Source of the DNA: Christensenella sp.
GTDB taxonomy: Bacteria > Bacillota > Clostridia > Christensenellales > Christensenellaceae
Direction of reading: 5' to 3'
Assembly: GCA_036648415.1 (NCBI GenBank)
Contig: JAVXIJ010000002.1
Location: forward strand, 1 to 53,454
DNA length: 53,454 nt
Shown here: piece by piece, positions 41,592-50,943 of the stretch
Layout of the letters: every line of letters starts with the position of its first letter
How positions within the stretch are numbered: position 1 is the stretch's first letter
The notes under the pieces: generated by a model
What the model was told of the DNA's origin: nothing
The model's database searches: none
Seen by the model: the letters and a program-made list of their open reading frames with translations, nothing else
Translations under genes and position numbers: made by a program

Positions 41592-42465
41592 TGTTTTAAT
41601 AAAGGCTATGCTAAATGATGAAGCCACGGTGTGTGCGTGTAACATCAGTGAAATGACGGAAACGGCAAGGAAGATTCATGGCACCATGCCGGCGGCAACA
41701 ATAGCTTTTGGACGTACGCTTGCGGCAACAACGATGATGGCTTCCATGCTGAAGAACAAGCGTGATAGAATTACTTTAATGCTTAACGGCGGTGGCCCCG
41801 CCGGAACAATAATGGCTGTGGGAGATGCAGAACTTAATATGAAAGGCTATGTTGCAAACCCGATGGTGAATATTGCGGCGAATGAAAAAGGTGCACTTGA
41901 TATAGCAGGGTCGGTGGGCAGTGATGGATTTGTAACGGTTATAAAAGACCTTGGCTTGCGTGAGCCGTATGTCGGCAAAACGCGTATGGTTTCGGGTGAA
42001 ATAGGAGAAGATATAGCAAATTATTTTTTAATATCAGAGCAGCAGCCGTCTATTGTGTATGTAAACACATGGCTGGAAACAGATATGAGCATAGTAAATG
42101 CAGGCGGTGTTATTGTGCGCCCACTACCGGGGTGCAGTGAGGAAACCTTATGCGAAATTGAAAAACGTGCAGGAAATATCGTTAATTTCGCGATTTATAT
42201 GTTGCAAGAGGGCGCGTGCGGTGCGCTGAAACAGATTTTTGACGGGATGAAGCTTGATATATTAGAGGAACAGCAGCCAATGTGGAAATGCGATTGCTCT
42301 AAGGAACGTCTGGAGCAGGTGGTGCTTTCTTTAGGAAAGCATGAGATTGAGGATATGATTAAAAAAGACGGCGGTGCCGAAATTATATGTAGATTTTGCG
42401 AAACTAAATATTGGTTTTCAGCGGTTGAGCTTGAAAAATTGCTGGAAATGGCAACAAAGGAATAA
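41584..42465 (+). CDS. hslO: Hsp33 redox-regulated chaperone
   Basis: GR.L.A, G.GP.G...A, SGEI.ED..Y...SEQ.PS and the CDCS...CRFC zinc switch. Confidence 0.93.
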   Translation: MGDVLIKAMLNDEATVCACNISEMTETARKIHGTMPAATIAFGRTLAATTMMASMLKNKRDRITLMLNGGGPAGTIMAVGDAELNMKGYVANPMVNIAANEKGALDIAGSVGSDGFVTVIKDLGLREPYVGKTRMVSGEIGEDIANYFLISEQQPSIVYVNTWLETDMSIVNAGGVIVRPLPGCSEETLCEIEKRAGNIVNFAIYMLQEGACGALKQIFDGMKLDILEEQQPMWKCDCSKERLEQVVLSLGKHEIEDMIKKDGGAEIICRFCETKYWFSAVELEKLLEMATKE

Positions 42466-42468
42466 AAA

Positions 42469-44166
42469 ATGGAAAAACAGAATTTGAAAATTGTAGAGTT
42501 TGAACGTCCGGCGAGTTTTTATTTTCGCGCAGCGCTTAGTATGATGGACGGCATGAACTATTTGGGCGCGCTTTCTATGGTGCGCAAGGCAGTGGAAAAA
42601 GAGCCTAAGAATATGGGCTATATGATGAAGCAGGCGGAAATACTCACAGAGCTTTCTAAATATGAAGAATCAAACAGTATTTTATTTGAAATTTTGCTCA
42701 AGACAAAGAATGTGTGCGGAGAGTGCTATTTTGGCATGGGCTGTAATTTTATCGGCATGGGAGATGTTGATAAAGCGGAGGAAAGCTTTGAAAAGTACCT
42801 TGCGGTTGAACCTGACGGCGAATTTTGTGATGATGTGGAAGAATTTTTAGCGCTTTTTTGTGACGATGAGGACGAGGATGAATATGTTCTTGAGGATGTG
42901 AGCAACATTGAGCAGCAGGAACTGGCACAGCAGGGTAAGCAATACCTTGATAGCTGTGAATACCAAAAGGCGGCAGAGGTGCTCGAAAAAATCCATGATA
43001 GTAAAGATATGCTGTTTGCGAAAAATAATCTCGCGCTTTCTTATTATTGCATGAAAAAAACAGATAAAGCGATTGAAGCGGCAAAAAAGGCACTTGCAGT
43101 CGACCCTGATAATATTCATGCAAATTGTAATATGGCTATGTTTCTTCATAAACAAGACCCAATCGCTGCGCGTAAGTATGTGGCAAAAGCCGTAAAGCAA
43201 CCGACTAATACGCAGGATGATTTTTATAAGATAGCAATTACTTATTGTGAAATGGGCGAGCATGAGGATGCGTTGCGTTATTTGACTAATATTTTGGCAA
43301 CATCGCCGTATGATGAAAAGGTTTTGTTTTGTGCGGCAATGGCAGATTTTAATATTAAACGATACGCAGAGGCGGTCAATTATTTGTCTGATATTTTGAG
43401 ATTAGAACCAAATGACAGCATAGCGGCATACTATTTAAAATATGTAAAAGATGTGATGGATAAAAAGCAGCAGCATACAGAGCTTGGCTATGTTTTTCAA
43501 GTGCCGCCTAAAGAAGCAAAGGCGAGAATACAATACTTAAATGATTGCATAAAACTTCCGCAGGATGAATTTAAGCAGCGCTGGAAAACGGATAAAAAAT
43601 TGAAGGATGTTTTGGTATGGGGGCTGGAATACGGAGATACATTTATTAAACACGCGGCGGTGGAAATTATAGGCGGTTTTGCAGATGCGCAGGCAGAGCG
43701 AATTTTCAGACGATATATTTTGCGGCGCAATCAGCCGGATGCTATAAAAAACGAAGTTTTTGTGTCGCTAAAGTGTATGAATGCCAAAGAACCGTATGTT
43801 GCCTATTTTAACGAAGGTGTAGTAGAGGTAAAGGTTGGAATGCTCGATAATATTGAAGAAACGGATGTTGAGCGTTTTGATAAGCTGTTTGATTTGCTTG
43901 TAAGCGTGGTAAGCGAAAATTATTCCGAACAGTTGGCAGGAAAAGCAGTAAGTATTTTGCAGGAATATACAGAGCATGGAAATGGGAATGTTTATTTGTC
44001 TAAGTATAAAGAGCTTGCCGCGGGCGTAACATTTGCGGCACTGTATTTGAGCGATATTACTGCGGAGCCAAAGAAAATCGCAATAATTTTTGATGCAGAT
44101 GTCAATATACTTTCGTCAATTGCAATGGAAATTATAAATACAATCGGAAATGAAAAGGGGATATAA
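42469..44166 (+). CDS. Tetratricopeptide-repeat protein
   Basis: Repeated helical A..A...P.N/D TPR patterns; acidic linker DDEDEDE. Confidence 0.8.
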   Translation: MEKQNLKIVEFERPASFYFRAALSMMDGMNYLGALSMVRKAVEKEPKNMGYMMKQAEILTELSKYEESNSILFEILLKTKNVCGECYFGMGCNFIGMGDVDKAEESFEKYLAVEPDGEFCDDVEEFLALFCDDEDEDEYVLEDVSNIEQQELAQQGKQYLDSCEYQKAAEVLEKIHDSKDMLFAKNNLALSYYCMKKTDKAIEAAKKALAVDPDNIHANCNMAMFLHKQDPIAARKYVAKAVKQPTNTQDDFYKIAITYCEMGEHEDALRYLTNILATSPYDEKVLFCAAMADFNIKRYAEAVNYLSDILRLEPNDSIAAYYLKYVKDVMDKKQQHTELGYVFQVPPKEAKARIQYLNDCIKLPQDEFKQRWKTDKKLKDVLVWGLEYGDTFIKHAAVEIIGGFADAQAERIFRRYILRRNQPDAIKNEVFVSLKCMNAKEPYVAYFNEGVVEVKVGMLDNIEETDVERFDKLFDLLVSVVSENYSEQLAGKAVSILQEYTEHGNGNVYLSKYKELAAGVTFAALYLSDITAEPKKIAIIFDADVNILSSIAMEIINTIGNEKGI

Positions 44167-44843
44167 TGGCAAAGACTTCAATAGAAGAAATTAAGCAAAA
44201 TCCACGAATAAGAATATTGGTAGAGCAGGCAAATGCGTGTCTGGAAATATTGGGATATACAGACCACGGACCGCGTCACGTCGGATATGTCAGCAAGATA
44301 GCGGGCGAGATACTCGAAAAGCTCGGATACCCTGTTGAGCGTGCAGAGCTTGCGCGCATTGCAGGGTGGACGCATGATGTAGGCAATATGATTAACAGAA
44401 AAATGCACCCGCTTACGGGGGCAGTGATTTTATTTGATGAATTTCAAAAAATCGGTATGGATTTGCAGGATGTATGCGATATTTGCTCGGCAGTGGGGTC
44501 ACACGATGAGGAAACAGGCTTGCCGTTAAGTGATATTTCGGCGGCACTTATAATTGCAGATAAGGTGGATGCGTATAAAAAACGTGTTAAGCATAAGGAT
44601 ATGGATGATATTCACGACCGTGTAAATTTGTCTATATATGAAACGGATGTGCGCGTTTCACAGGAAAAAAATCAAATAACGTTTGAACTTAAGATGAAGG
44701 ATTACGCGACACCCATGGAGTTTCTTGATATTTATTTGCAGCGAATGAAAATGTGTGAGCAAAGCGCGAAATTTTTAAATTGTACGTTTAAGCTTGTAAT
44801 AAACGGCTTGGTAATGAATAAAATCGGAGGACAACAAATTTGA
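44166..44843 (+). CDS. HD-domain phosphohydrolase
   Basis: DHGPRH, THDVGN, SHD and IADK motifs. Confidence 0.85.
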   Translation: MAKTSIEEIKQNPRIRILVEQANACLEILGYTDHGPRHVGYVSKIAGEILEKLGYPVERAELARIAGWTHDVGNMINRKMHPLTGAVILFDEFQKIGMDLQDVCDICSAVGSHDEETGLPLSDISAALIIADKVDAYKKRVKHKDMDDIHDRVNLSIYETDVRVSQEKNQITFELKMKDYATPMEFLDIYLQRMKMCEQSAKFLNCTFKLVINGLVMNKIGGQQI

Positions 44844-45952
44844 ATTACAGGTGTTATGCGTCATGTGCGTTTGGTGTAGAGGGAATTTTAGCAACAGAGC
44901 TCAAGGAACTTGGATTTGATGGGGTAGACGCTCTTGATGCTCGCGTTTACTTTAATGCCGATGAGTGCGGAATCGCAAAAGCGAATATTTTTCTGCGCAC
45001 GGCAGACAGAGTATATATTGTATTAAAGGAATTTCATGCCTATTCTTTTGATGAATTATTTGAGGGCGTGGCGTCAATACCGTTTGGAGATATTGTGCCG
45101 TCAGATGCACGTATCCCCGTTGACGGAAACGCAGTGCGTTCCACACTTGGAAGTGTGTCGGATGTGCAGGCAATTACCAAAAGGGCTGTGATTAAGGCTA
45201 TGCAGAGGGTTTATCCGCAGGAGCGATTCACCGAAAACGGCAGTATGTTTAATATTTATGCGAATATATTAAAGGATAATGTTACTATTGCGCTTAATAC
45301 GAGCGGCGCAGGGCTAAACCGCAGAGGTTATCGCCTTAAAAATGCGCAGGCGCCTTTAAAAGAAACGCTTGCGGCAGCGCTTATATTGATTTCAAAATGG
45401 CGTAAGCGTGATTTTTATGACCCGTTGTGCGGCAGCGGAACTATCGCGATTGAGGCGGCAATGCTGGCGGCAGGGATGGCGCCGGGAATCAAGCGCAGGT
45501 TTGATGCGCAGGGCTATGGAAATGAATTTCGCAAGGCGTTTGCAGAAATGAAGGATTATGCAAAAAGTCTTGTTAAAACACCTGCAATGGGTATATTTGC
45601 GAGCGATACGGATAGAAAAGTGTTGGAACTTGCAAAAGAGCACGCGCATAATATGGACGTTGCGCAGTATATAAGTTTTGCACAAAGAGATGTGCGAAAG
45701 CTTGAACAGCCGACGCGCCCGGCGTCCATCATCACCAATCCGCCGTATGCAATGCGCATGGGCGAGGAACGTGAGGTCGCGGAGCTTTATGCTGCGATGG
45801 GTGAAACATTCTATAGGCTTGATGATACGTTGGTTTTTGTTATAACGGCGGATGATCAATTCGAGAAAAAGTATGGAGCGTTGGCAGATAAACGCAGAAA
45901 GCTTTATAACGGTAATATTAAATGTACATATTATCAGTATTTCAGAAAATAG
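44840..45952 (+). CDS. THUMP-domain rRNA m2G methyltransferase (RlmL/YpsC-like)
   Basis: FG.E..LA.EL, N..LRTA.R, L.RRGYR, APLKETLAAA, DP.CGSGTI.IEAA, NPPY. Confidence 0.9.
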   Translation: MNYRCYASCAFGVEGILATELKELGFDGVDALDARVYFNADECGIAKANIFLRTADRVYIVLKEFHAYSFDELFEGVASIPFGDIVPSDARIPVDGNAVRSTLGSVSDVQAITKRAVIKAMQRVYPQERFTENGSMFNIYANILKDNVTIALNTSGAGLNRRGYRLKNAQAPLKETLAAALILISKWRKRDFYDPLCGSGTIAIEAAMLAAGMAPGIKRRFDAQGYGNEFRKAFAEMKDYAKSLVKTPAMGIFASDTDRKVLELAKEHAHNMDVAQYISFAQRDVRKLEQPTRPASIITNPPYAMRMGEEREVAELYAAMGETFYRLDDTLVFVITADDQFEKKYGALADKRRKLYNGNIKCTYYQYFRK

Positions 45953-45994
45953 ATGTTTTAATACGAGTTTTGCACAAAAAAGGATTGTTTTTGT

Positions 45995-46027
45995 GAAGAT
46001 ACAACTACGGGGGTATCTTCTTTTTTT
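45995..46027 (+). terminator. Rho-independent terminator of the amidohydrolase-THUMP operon
   Basis: GAAGATAC-10 nt-GTATCTTC followed by T7. Confidence 0.7.
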
Positions 46028-46037
46028 GAAAAAATCG

Positions 46038-46100
46038 TGTTGCATTTTGTGTTGCATTTAATTGAAAGATGTTGCATTTTGGCTGCATTGCGTTGCATAT
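46038..46100. repeat. Cluster of TGTTGCATTT direct repeats (integrase arm-site-like)
   Basis: Exact copies at 46038, 46050 and 46070; degenerate copies at 46082 and 46091. Confidence 0.7.
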
Positions 46101-46150
46101 TTTATCAATTTAATGCACTTGCGAAACCCTTTAAATAGGCTGTATAAAAG

Positions 46151-46175
46151 AAAAAACCGCTGTTAAGCGGTTTTT
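46151..46175 (-). terminator. Terminator of the tRNA pair
   Basis: AAAAAACCGCT-GTTA-AGCGGTTTTT, immediately 3' of tRNA-Pro. Confidence 0.7.
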
Positions 46176-46180
46176 ATCTT

Positions 46181-46257
<77 letters not shown>

Positions 46258-46260
46258 TAG

Positions 46261-46336
46261 TGGAGCCAACGAGCGGATTCGAACCGCTGACCTGCGCATT
46301 ACGAATGCGCTGCTCTACCAGCTGAGCCACGTTGGC
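46261..46336 (-). tRNA. tRNA-Thr(CGT)
   Basis: GCCAACG acceptor, anticodon arm GCGCA-TTCGTAA-TGCGC, T loop TTCGAAT, encoded CCA. Confidence 0.96.
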
Positions 46337-46536
46337 ACTAAAACATGCCGACTTCTAATATTTTAGCAGATTTGCGCCAAAAATCAACTACTTTTTCAAA
46401 AAAAGCGTAAAATAGACTAAATAGTCACTTCTTAACAAACTATTAACATTATATAAAGATTGAGCGTTCAAATTGAATTTTAAAATTTGACGTGCTATAA
46501 TTCATATATATTAAATCATGAAAGGTAGCTACTAAT

Positions 46537-47376
46537 ATGTTAAAAAAAATAATAGCAGTTGTTTTGACTTTAGTGCTTGTGATTTCTTTTGCCGTGCCGG
46601 CTTTAGCGGCGCCGCAAGCGGCACGTGTGGTAATAGGGGCGGATAATACAGAAAATCAAATAGGAGATGTATACAAAAACTTTAAAATCAATCGCGGTGA
46701 TGTTGAGGAGCTTCAGGTAACAAATGATGAAGAGCGGCATTATCTTGAGGGATTGGTTCCTGATGGAAAAATTGGACATGTCGCGCTTTCGTGCGTATAT
46801 ATTGAGCCAAATGACGGCGGAAAGCTTGAGCTTAAAATCAACAATATAAATTGGGTTACAGAAAAAATGTATAAATCAGCGCTTGCAACGGCAGGAATTA
46901 AGGATGCAAAGGTGAAAATTTCTGCATACAAGCCGGTTTCGGGGACAGGCGCACTTGCCGGTATCTATAAAGCGTATGAAGATATGACGGGAAAAACTTT
47001 GGATGAAGCGGCAAAGAGTACAGCAATGGAAGAGCTTGTTGTGACAGGTGAGCTTCAAGATGCACTCGGAGACGTATCCTCTGATATTATCAACGACCTT
47101 AAGGGCAAGCTCAAGGAAACAAAGAGCATGACCGACGAGCAAATTGTTCAGTTGATTAAAGATACGGCAACTAAGTATAATGCAACGCTTACAGAGGATC
47201 AAGTACAGCAGATTTTAGGGCTGATAAAGAAATTCAATGAGCTTAATATTGACCCCGATACATTCTTGAATTTGTTTCAAGCAAAGCAGGGTATAGAAGG
47301 TTTCTTTGCGGGCGTGGGAGATTTCTTTAAAAGTATAGGAGATTTCTTTGTGAATTTGTTTAGCGGCGGAAAGTAA
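46537..47376 (+). CDS. Secreted DUF1002/YpuA-like protein
   Basis: Signal peptide ending PALA; GAD, VTN.EE..YL.G, MY.SAL.TAG and VSGTGALAG.YKAYE motifs; amphipathic C-terminal helix. Confidence 0.8.
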   Translation: MLKKIIAVVLTLVLVISFAVPALAAPQAARVVIGADNTENQIGDVYKNFKINRGDVEELQVTNDEERHYLEGLVPDGKIGHVALSCVYIEPNDGGKLELKINNINWVTEKMYKSALATAGIKDAKVKISAYKPVSGTGALAGIYKAYEDMTGKTLDEAAKSTAMEELVVTGELQDALGDVSSDIINDLKGKLKETKSMTDEQIVQLIKDTATKYNATLTEDQVQQILGLIKKFNELNIDPDTFLNLFQAKQGIEGFFAGVGDFFKSIGDFFVNLFSGGK

Positions 47377-47388
47377 AGTAAGTTTTAC

Positions 47389-47417
47389 AAAAACCGTTCC
47401 TTTGGAGCGGTTTTTTT
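47389..47417 (+). terminator. Rho-independent terminator
   Basis: AAAAACCGTTCC-TTT-GGAGCGG followed by T7. Confidence 0.8.
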
Positions 47418-47501
47418 GTTGTAAATTTTTTTATAAGCGCTATAATGAAAGGAATGCAAGTTTTTAGATAAAAATTGTGTTTATCAATAATTGGGAGCGC
47501 T

Positions 47502-48395
47502 ATGAATACGGAAAACCGATTTTCGGCAGGGAAAAAGGTTGCGATGCTCGGTATCGCGGTTAATATTATATTACTGTTGCTAAAGCTTACAACGGGTTAT
47601 ACTGCGGGAAGTCAGGCAATGATAGCAGATGGCTTTAACAGCATGGGGGATGTGTTTGCGTCCACCGTTACACTTTTGGGGAGTCTTTATGCCGCAAAGC
47701 CCAAGGATGAGGGGCACGTGTGGGGGCATGGAAAGGCGGAGTATATTGCTTCGCTTATAATTGGCTTTTCCATGATTGTTATGGCGCTTTATACCATAAC
47801 AGGCTCGATTGAATCCTTAACGCAAGGCGCAGAGCTTGAATTTTCATGGTGGCTTGTGGGTGCGGCAGTTACAACGATTGTGTCAAAAGCGTTGCTGTAT
47901 AAATATTGCATTAAAAAAAGCAGAAAATATAACAGTGTACTTATAAAGGCAAATGCGCAGGATCACAGAAATGATGTTTTTGTAACTTCGGGAACGCTTG
48001 CGGCGATTTTTCTGACATTGATTGGCTGGCGGTGGATGGATGGCGTTATCGGCATAGTGATTTCGTGCTGGATTGTTTACAGCGGTGTTATGATTATCGT
48101 GGAATCGGCGCGCGTGTTGATGGATGCAGGGGTAGATGCGGGCACGCTGGATGAGTATAAAAAGGATATCTTAAAAATTGACGGTGTTGACCATATTGAC
48201 AGTTTAAATACAAAGCCTGTAGGTGTAAAATCTATACTTGTGGTAAAAATATCGGTGGATAAAAACATGACTGTGATTAAAAGTCATGAGATTGCCAAAA
48301 AAATTGAGATAGAGCTTTTGGGTGCGTATTCGGAGATTGATGATGTCATTGTGCACATAAATCCTAATTTGCCGCATGGGGAGGTAAAAACGTAA
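47502..48395 (+). CDS. Cation diffusion facilitator (CDF) transporter
   Basis: S.AMIADG.NS..D, H.WGHGKAEY, DHRND and C-terminal H.IA..IE...VHINP; six TM helices. Confidence 0.92.
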   Translation: MNTENRFSAGKKVAMLGIAVNIILLLLKLTTGYTAGSQAMIADGFNSMGDVFASTVTLLGSLYAAKPKDEGHVWGHGKAEYIASLIIGFSMIVMALYTITGSIESLTQGAELEFSWWLVGAAVTTIVSKALLYKYCIKKSRKYNSVLIKANAQDHRNDVFVTSGTLAAIFLTLIGWRWMDGVIGIVISCWIVYSGVMIIVESARVLMDAGVDAGTLDEYKKDILKIDGVDHIDSLNTKPVGVKSILVVKISVDKNMTVIKSHEIAKKIEIELLGAYSEIDDVIVHINPNLPHGEVKT

Positions 48396-50602
48396 TGCAA
48401 AAAGAGATTATGCTTAATATTAAGGGAATGAATTGTGCCGCGTGCTCTGCTGCGGTGGAGGGGGCACTTTCTAAGGTAACGGGCGTGGTCTATGCAGGAG
48501 TTAATTTAGCGGCAAACAGCGCAATTGTTGTTGCGGAGCAAAGTGTTGAGGAACAAGAGCTTATTGCCGCAGTTGAAAAAATTGGGTTTGGGGCAGCGGT
48601 TGCAAAAGACGGGCAAACGGTAACGCAGGATGAACACAGGTTTAAGAAGTGGGAGCTTGTGGTTGCGCTTGTTTGCGGAATGATTGTAATGTATATCGGA
48701 ATGGGCGCGCATTGGGGATGGCCGTTACCGCCGTTTATTGCACCTGATATAAATCCGTTAAATTATGCGCTTATTCAGCTTATTATTGCTGTTCCGGTGA
48801 TTTATGCGGGGCGCAGTTTTTTTATAAACGGAATGCGTGCGCTTATAAAGCGTCATCCCACAATGGATACTTTGGTAATGCTCGGGACGGGCAGCGCACT
48901 TATTTACAGCATTGTGATGACCGCATTTATTCCAAGTAACGCTCATGCGGTACATAGCCTTTATTACGAAAGCGCGGCGGTAGTGGTTGCGCTTGTTTTG
49001 TTGGGAAAATATCTTGAAGAAAGCAGTAAGAACAGAGCAAAGAGTGCGATTTCAAATCTTGCTGAGTTAGTACCAAGCGATGCGGTGGTACTGCGTAACG
49101 GTAAACAGGAAAGCATTAAGGCGTCGGATGTAAAAAAAGGTGATATAGCGGTTGTGGGTGCGGGGCAGCGCATTCCGGTAGACGGGCTTGTTTGCAGCGG
49201 TCAAGCGGATGTAGACGAATCTACACTTACAGGTGAAAGTTTGCCGGTATTTAAGCAGAAAGACTCTAAGGTTTCGGGCGGTACTCTCGTTTCGGATGGA
49301 GTTTTGCATATAAAGGCCACAGGCGTGGGAAAAGATACGGCAATTTCTCAAGTTGTAAAGCTTGTGGTGCAGGCACAGCAGAAAAAAGCGAAAATTTCGC
49401 GGCTTGCAGATAAAATTTCCGCAGTATTTGTGCCGGCTGTTACAATTATTGCCGTAGTTTCCGCATTGATATGGGCGTTTGCAGGTAAGGATGCAAATTT
49501 TGTAGTGAATATTTTTGTTTCTGTGTTAGTGGTGGCGTGCCCGTGTGCGCTCGGGCTGGCAACACCTATTGCCGTCATGGTGGGAACAGGGCGAGGGGCA
49601 CAGCTGGGAATATTGTTTCGCGGCGGGGATGTTGTGGAAGCGGCGAGTGGTGTCGGAGCGGTACTGTTTGATAAAACAGGAACTATTACAAAAGGAAAAC
49701 TTCATGTACAAAATGTAGTTGCGGAAAACGGCGAGGATGATGATTTGATATTTTTTGCGGCAACTGCTGAATATGGTGCAACGCATCCCATAGGCAAGGC
49801 AATTCTTTCATATGCGGATTTTATGAAGATTCAGCCTGAAAATCCGGAGCACGTTAAAAATGTAGCGGGACGGGGCGTGATAGCAGATACGGCTCGAGGG
49901 CATATCATAATAGGCACAAAAGAATTTATGGATATGAATGATATTTCTACCAAAAGCAGTAAAACCCCGGGGACAACGCGCGTGTATGTGGCGCTGGACG
50001 GTCAGATTTTGGGGGTTATCGCATTAGGTGATGAAATTAAGTCAGACGCTTTTTATACGATTGAGCTGTTAAAAAATGCCGGAATAGCTGCCGTGATGAT
50101 TACAGGGGATAACGCCGAAGCGGCACAAGTGATTGCACAGCAGGCGGGCATTACGAACTATATTGCGGGGGTATTGCCGGAGGATAAAGCAAACGAAGTG
50201 AACAAAGTTAAAGCTACAGGCGTTGTTACGGCATTTGCAGGAGATGGGATAAATGATGCGCCCGCGCTTGCAACTGCGGATGTCGGCATTTCTGTATTTG
50301 GCGGAACGGATGTTGCGGCGGATTCGTCAGGGATTATACTCATGCGCGACAATACGGAAAGTATAGCAAGGAGTATATTGCTTGCTAAACGTATTATGCG
50401 CACAATAAAGCAGAATTTATTTTGGGCGTTTATCTATAATATAATAGGTATCCCGCTTGCCGCAGGTGTGTGGTATGCCTTTGGAGGGCCGCTTTTGACG
50501 CCGATGTTCGCGGGGCTTGCAATGGCATTTTCTTCAGTGTGTGTGGTGCTGAATTCATTACGTTTATCAGGATATAAAAGAAGAAAAAAATCTGCTGAGT
50601 AA
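48395..50602 (+). CDS. copA: Copper-exporting P1B-1 ATPase
   Basis: GMNCAAC metal-binding domain, TGES, CPCALGLATP, DKTGT, HP, GDGIND, YN and M.FSS Cu(I) ligands. Confidence 0.92.
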   Translation: MQKEIMLNIKGMNCAACSAAVEGALSKVTGVVYAGVNLAANSAIVVAEQSVEEQELIAAVEKIGFGAAVAKDGQTVTQDEHRFKKWELVVALVCGMIVMYIGMGAHWGWPLPPFIAPDINPLNYALIQLIIAVPVIYAGRSFFINGMRALIKRHPTMDTLVMLGTGSALIYSIVMTAFIPSNAHAVHSLYYESAAVVVALVLLGKYLEESSKNRAKSAISNLAELVPSDAVVLRNGKQESIKASDVKKGDIAVVGAGQRIPVDGLVCSGQADVDESTLTGESLPVFKQKDSKVSGGTLVSDGVLHIKATGVGKDTAISQVVKLVVQAQQKKAKISRLADKISAVFVPAVTIIAVVSALIWAFAGKDANFVVNIFVSVLVVACPCALGLATPIAVMVGTGRGAQLGILFRGGDVVEAASGVGAVLFDKTGTITKGKLHVQNVVAENGEDDDLIFFAATAEYGATHPIGKAILSYADFMKIQPENPEHVKNVAGRGVIADTARGHIIIGTKEFMDMNDISTKSSKTPGTTRVYVALDGQILGVIALGDEIKSDAFYTIELLKNAGIAAVMITGDNAEAAQVIAQQAGITNYIAGVLPEDKANEVNKVKATGVVTAFAGDGINDAPALATADVGISVFGGTDVAADSSGIILMRDNTESIARSILLAKRIMRTIKQNLFWAFIYNIIGIPLAAGVWYAFGGPLLTPMFAGLAMAFSSVCVVLNSLRLSGYKRRKKSAE

Positions 50603-50619
50603 TTTCAGCAGATTTTTTT
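50585..50619. terminator. Terminator overlapping the copA stop
   Basis: AAAAAATCTGCTGA-GTAATT-TCAGCAGATTTTTT. Confidence 0.75.
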
Positions 50620-50943
50620 CTTGGAAGCATCATATGTTAACGCCTTTACAGCGATTTTTATTCCAAGAGCCTTGCGGCTCTTAAGAGAAAGAAGATTTAT
50701 GAAAAGTCGTTGTTGGTAAATTTATTGTATGAATCAATGATAATATTTAAATATGAAATGTGCATGAAGGAAATATGAATAAATAATGAATCATTAAAAT
50801 GTTTTTACCGTTAAACGCTTGTAAAGTGCATAAAAAAGAGAAAATAGTACAATAAATGATATAATAATCGCGGTATGATAATAATAAGATATATTTCTAA
50901 AATAAAACATGCTTTCGGGCAAATTTGGGGAGGATTTTTAAAG

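Noticed and set aside
45999-46016. ATACAACTACGGGGGTAT as a CsoR-type copper operator
   Set aside because: It resembles G-tract CsoR operators from memory, but lies ~1.5 kb and three genes away from CDF-copA, lacks the C-tract, and is better explained as a terminator stem-loop with T7.
45392-46057. 221-aa antisense ORF next to the att-like repeats as an integrase remnant
   Set aside because: Almost entirely antisense to the THUMP methyltransferase; no tyrosine-recombinase R-H-R-H-Y pattern.
47317-47349. Repeated GGAGATTTCTTT in the DUF1002 gene 3' end
   Set aside because: It encodes the GDFF heptad repeat of an amphipathic helix; a coding-level repeat only.
50620-50943. Cobalamin riboswitch upstream of the corrinoid gene, and the longer ORF start at 50875
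   Set aside because: No B12-box or GGGAA/GCCACTG elements and the region is very AT-rich; ATG 50944 has the GGAGG RBS.
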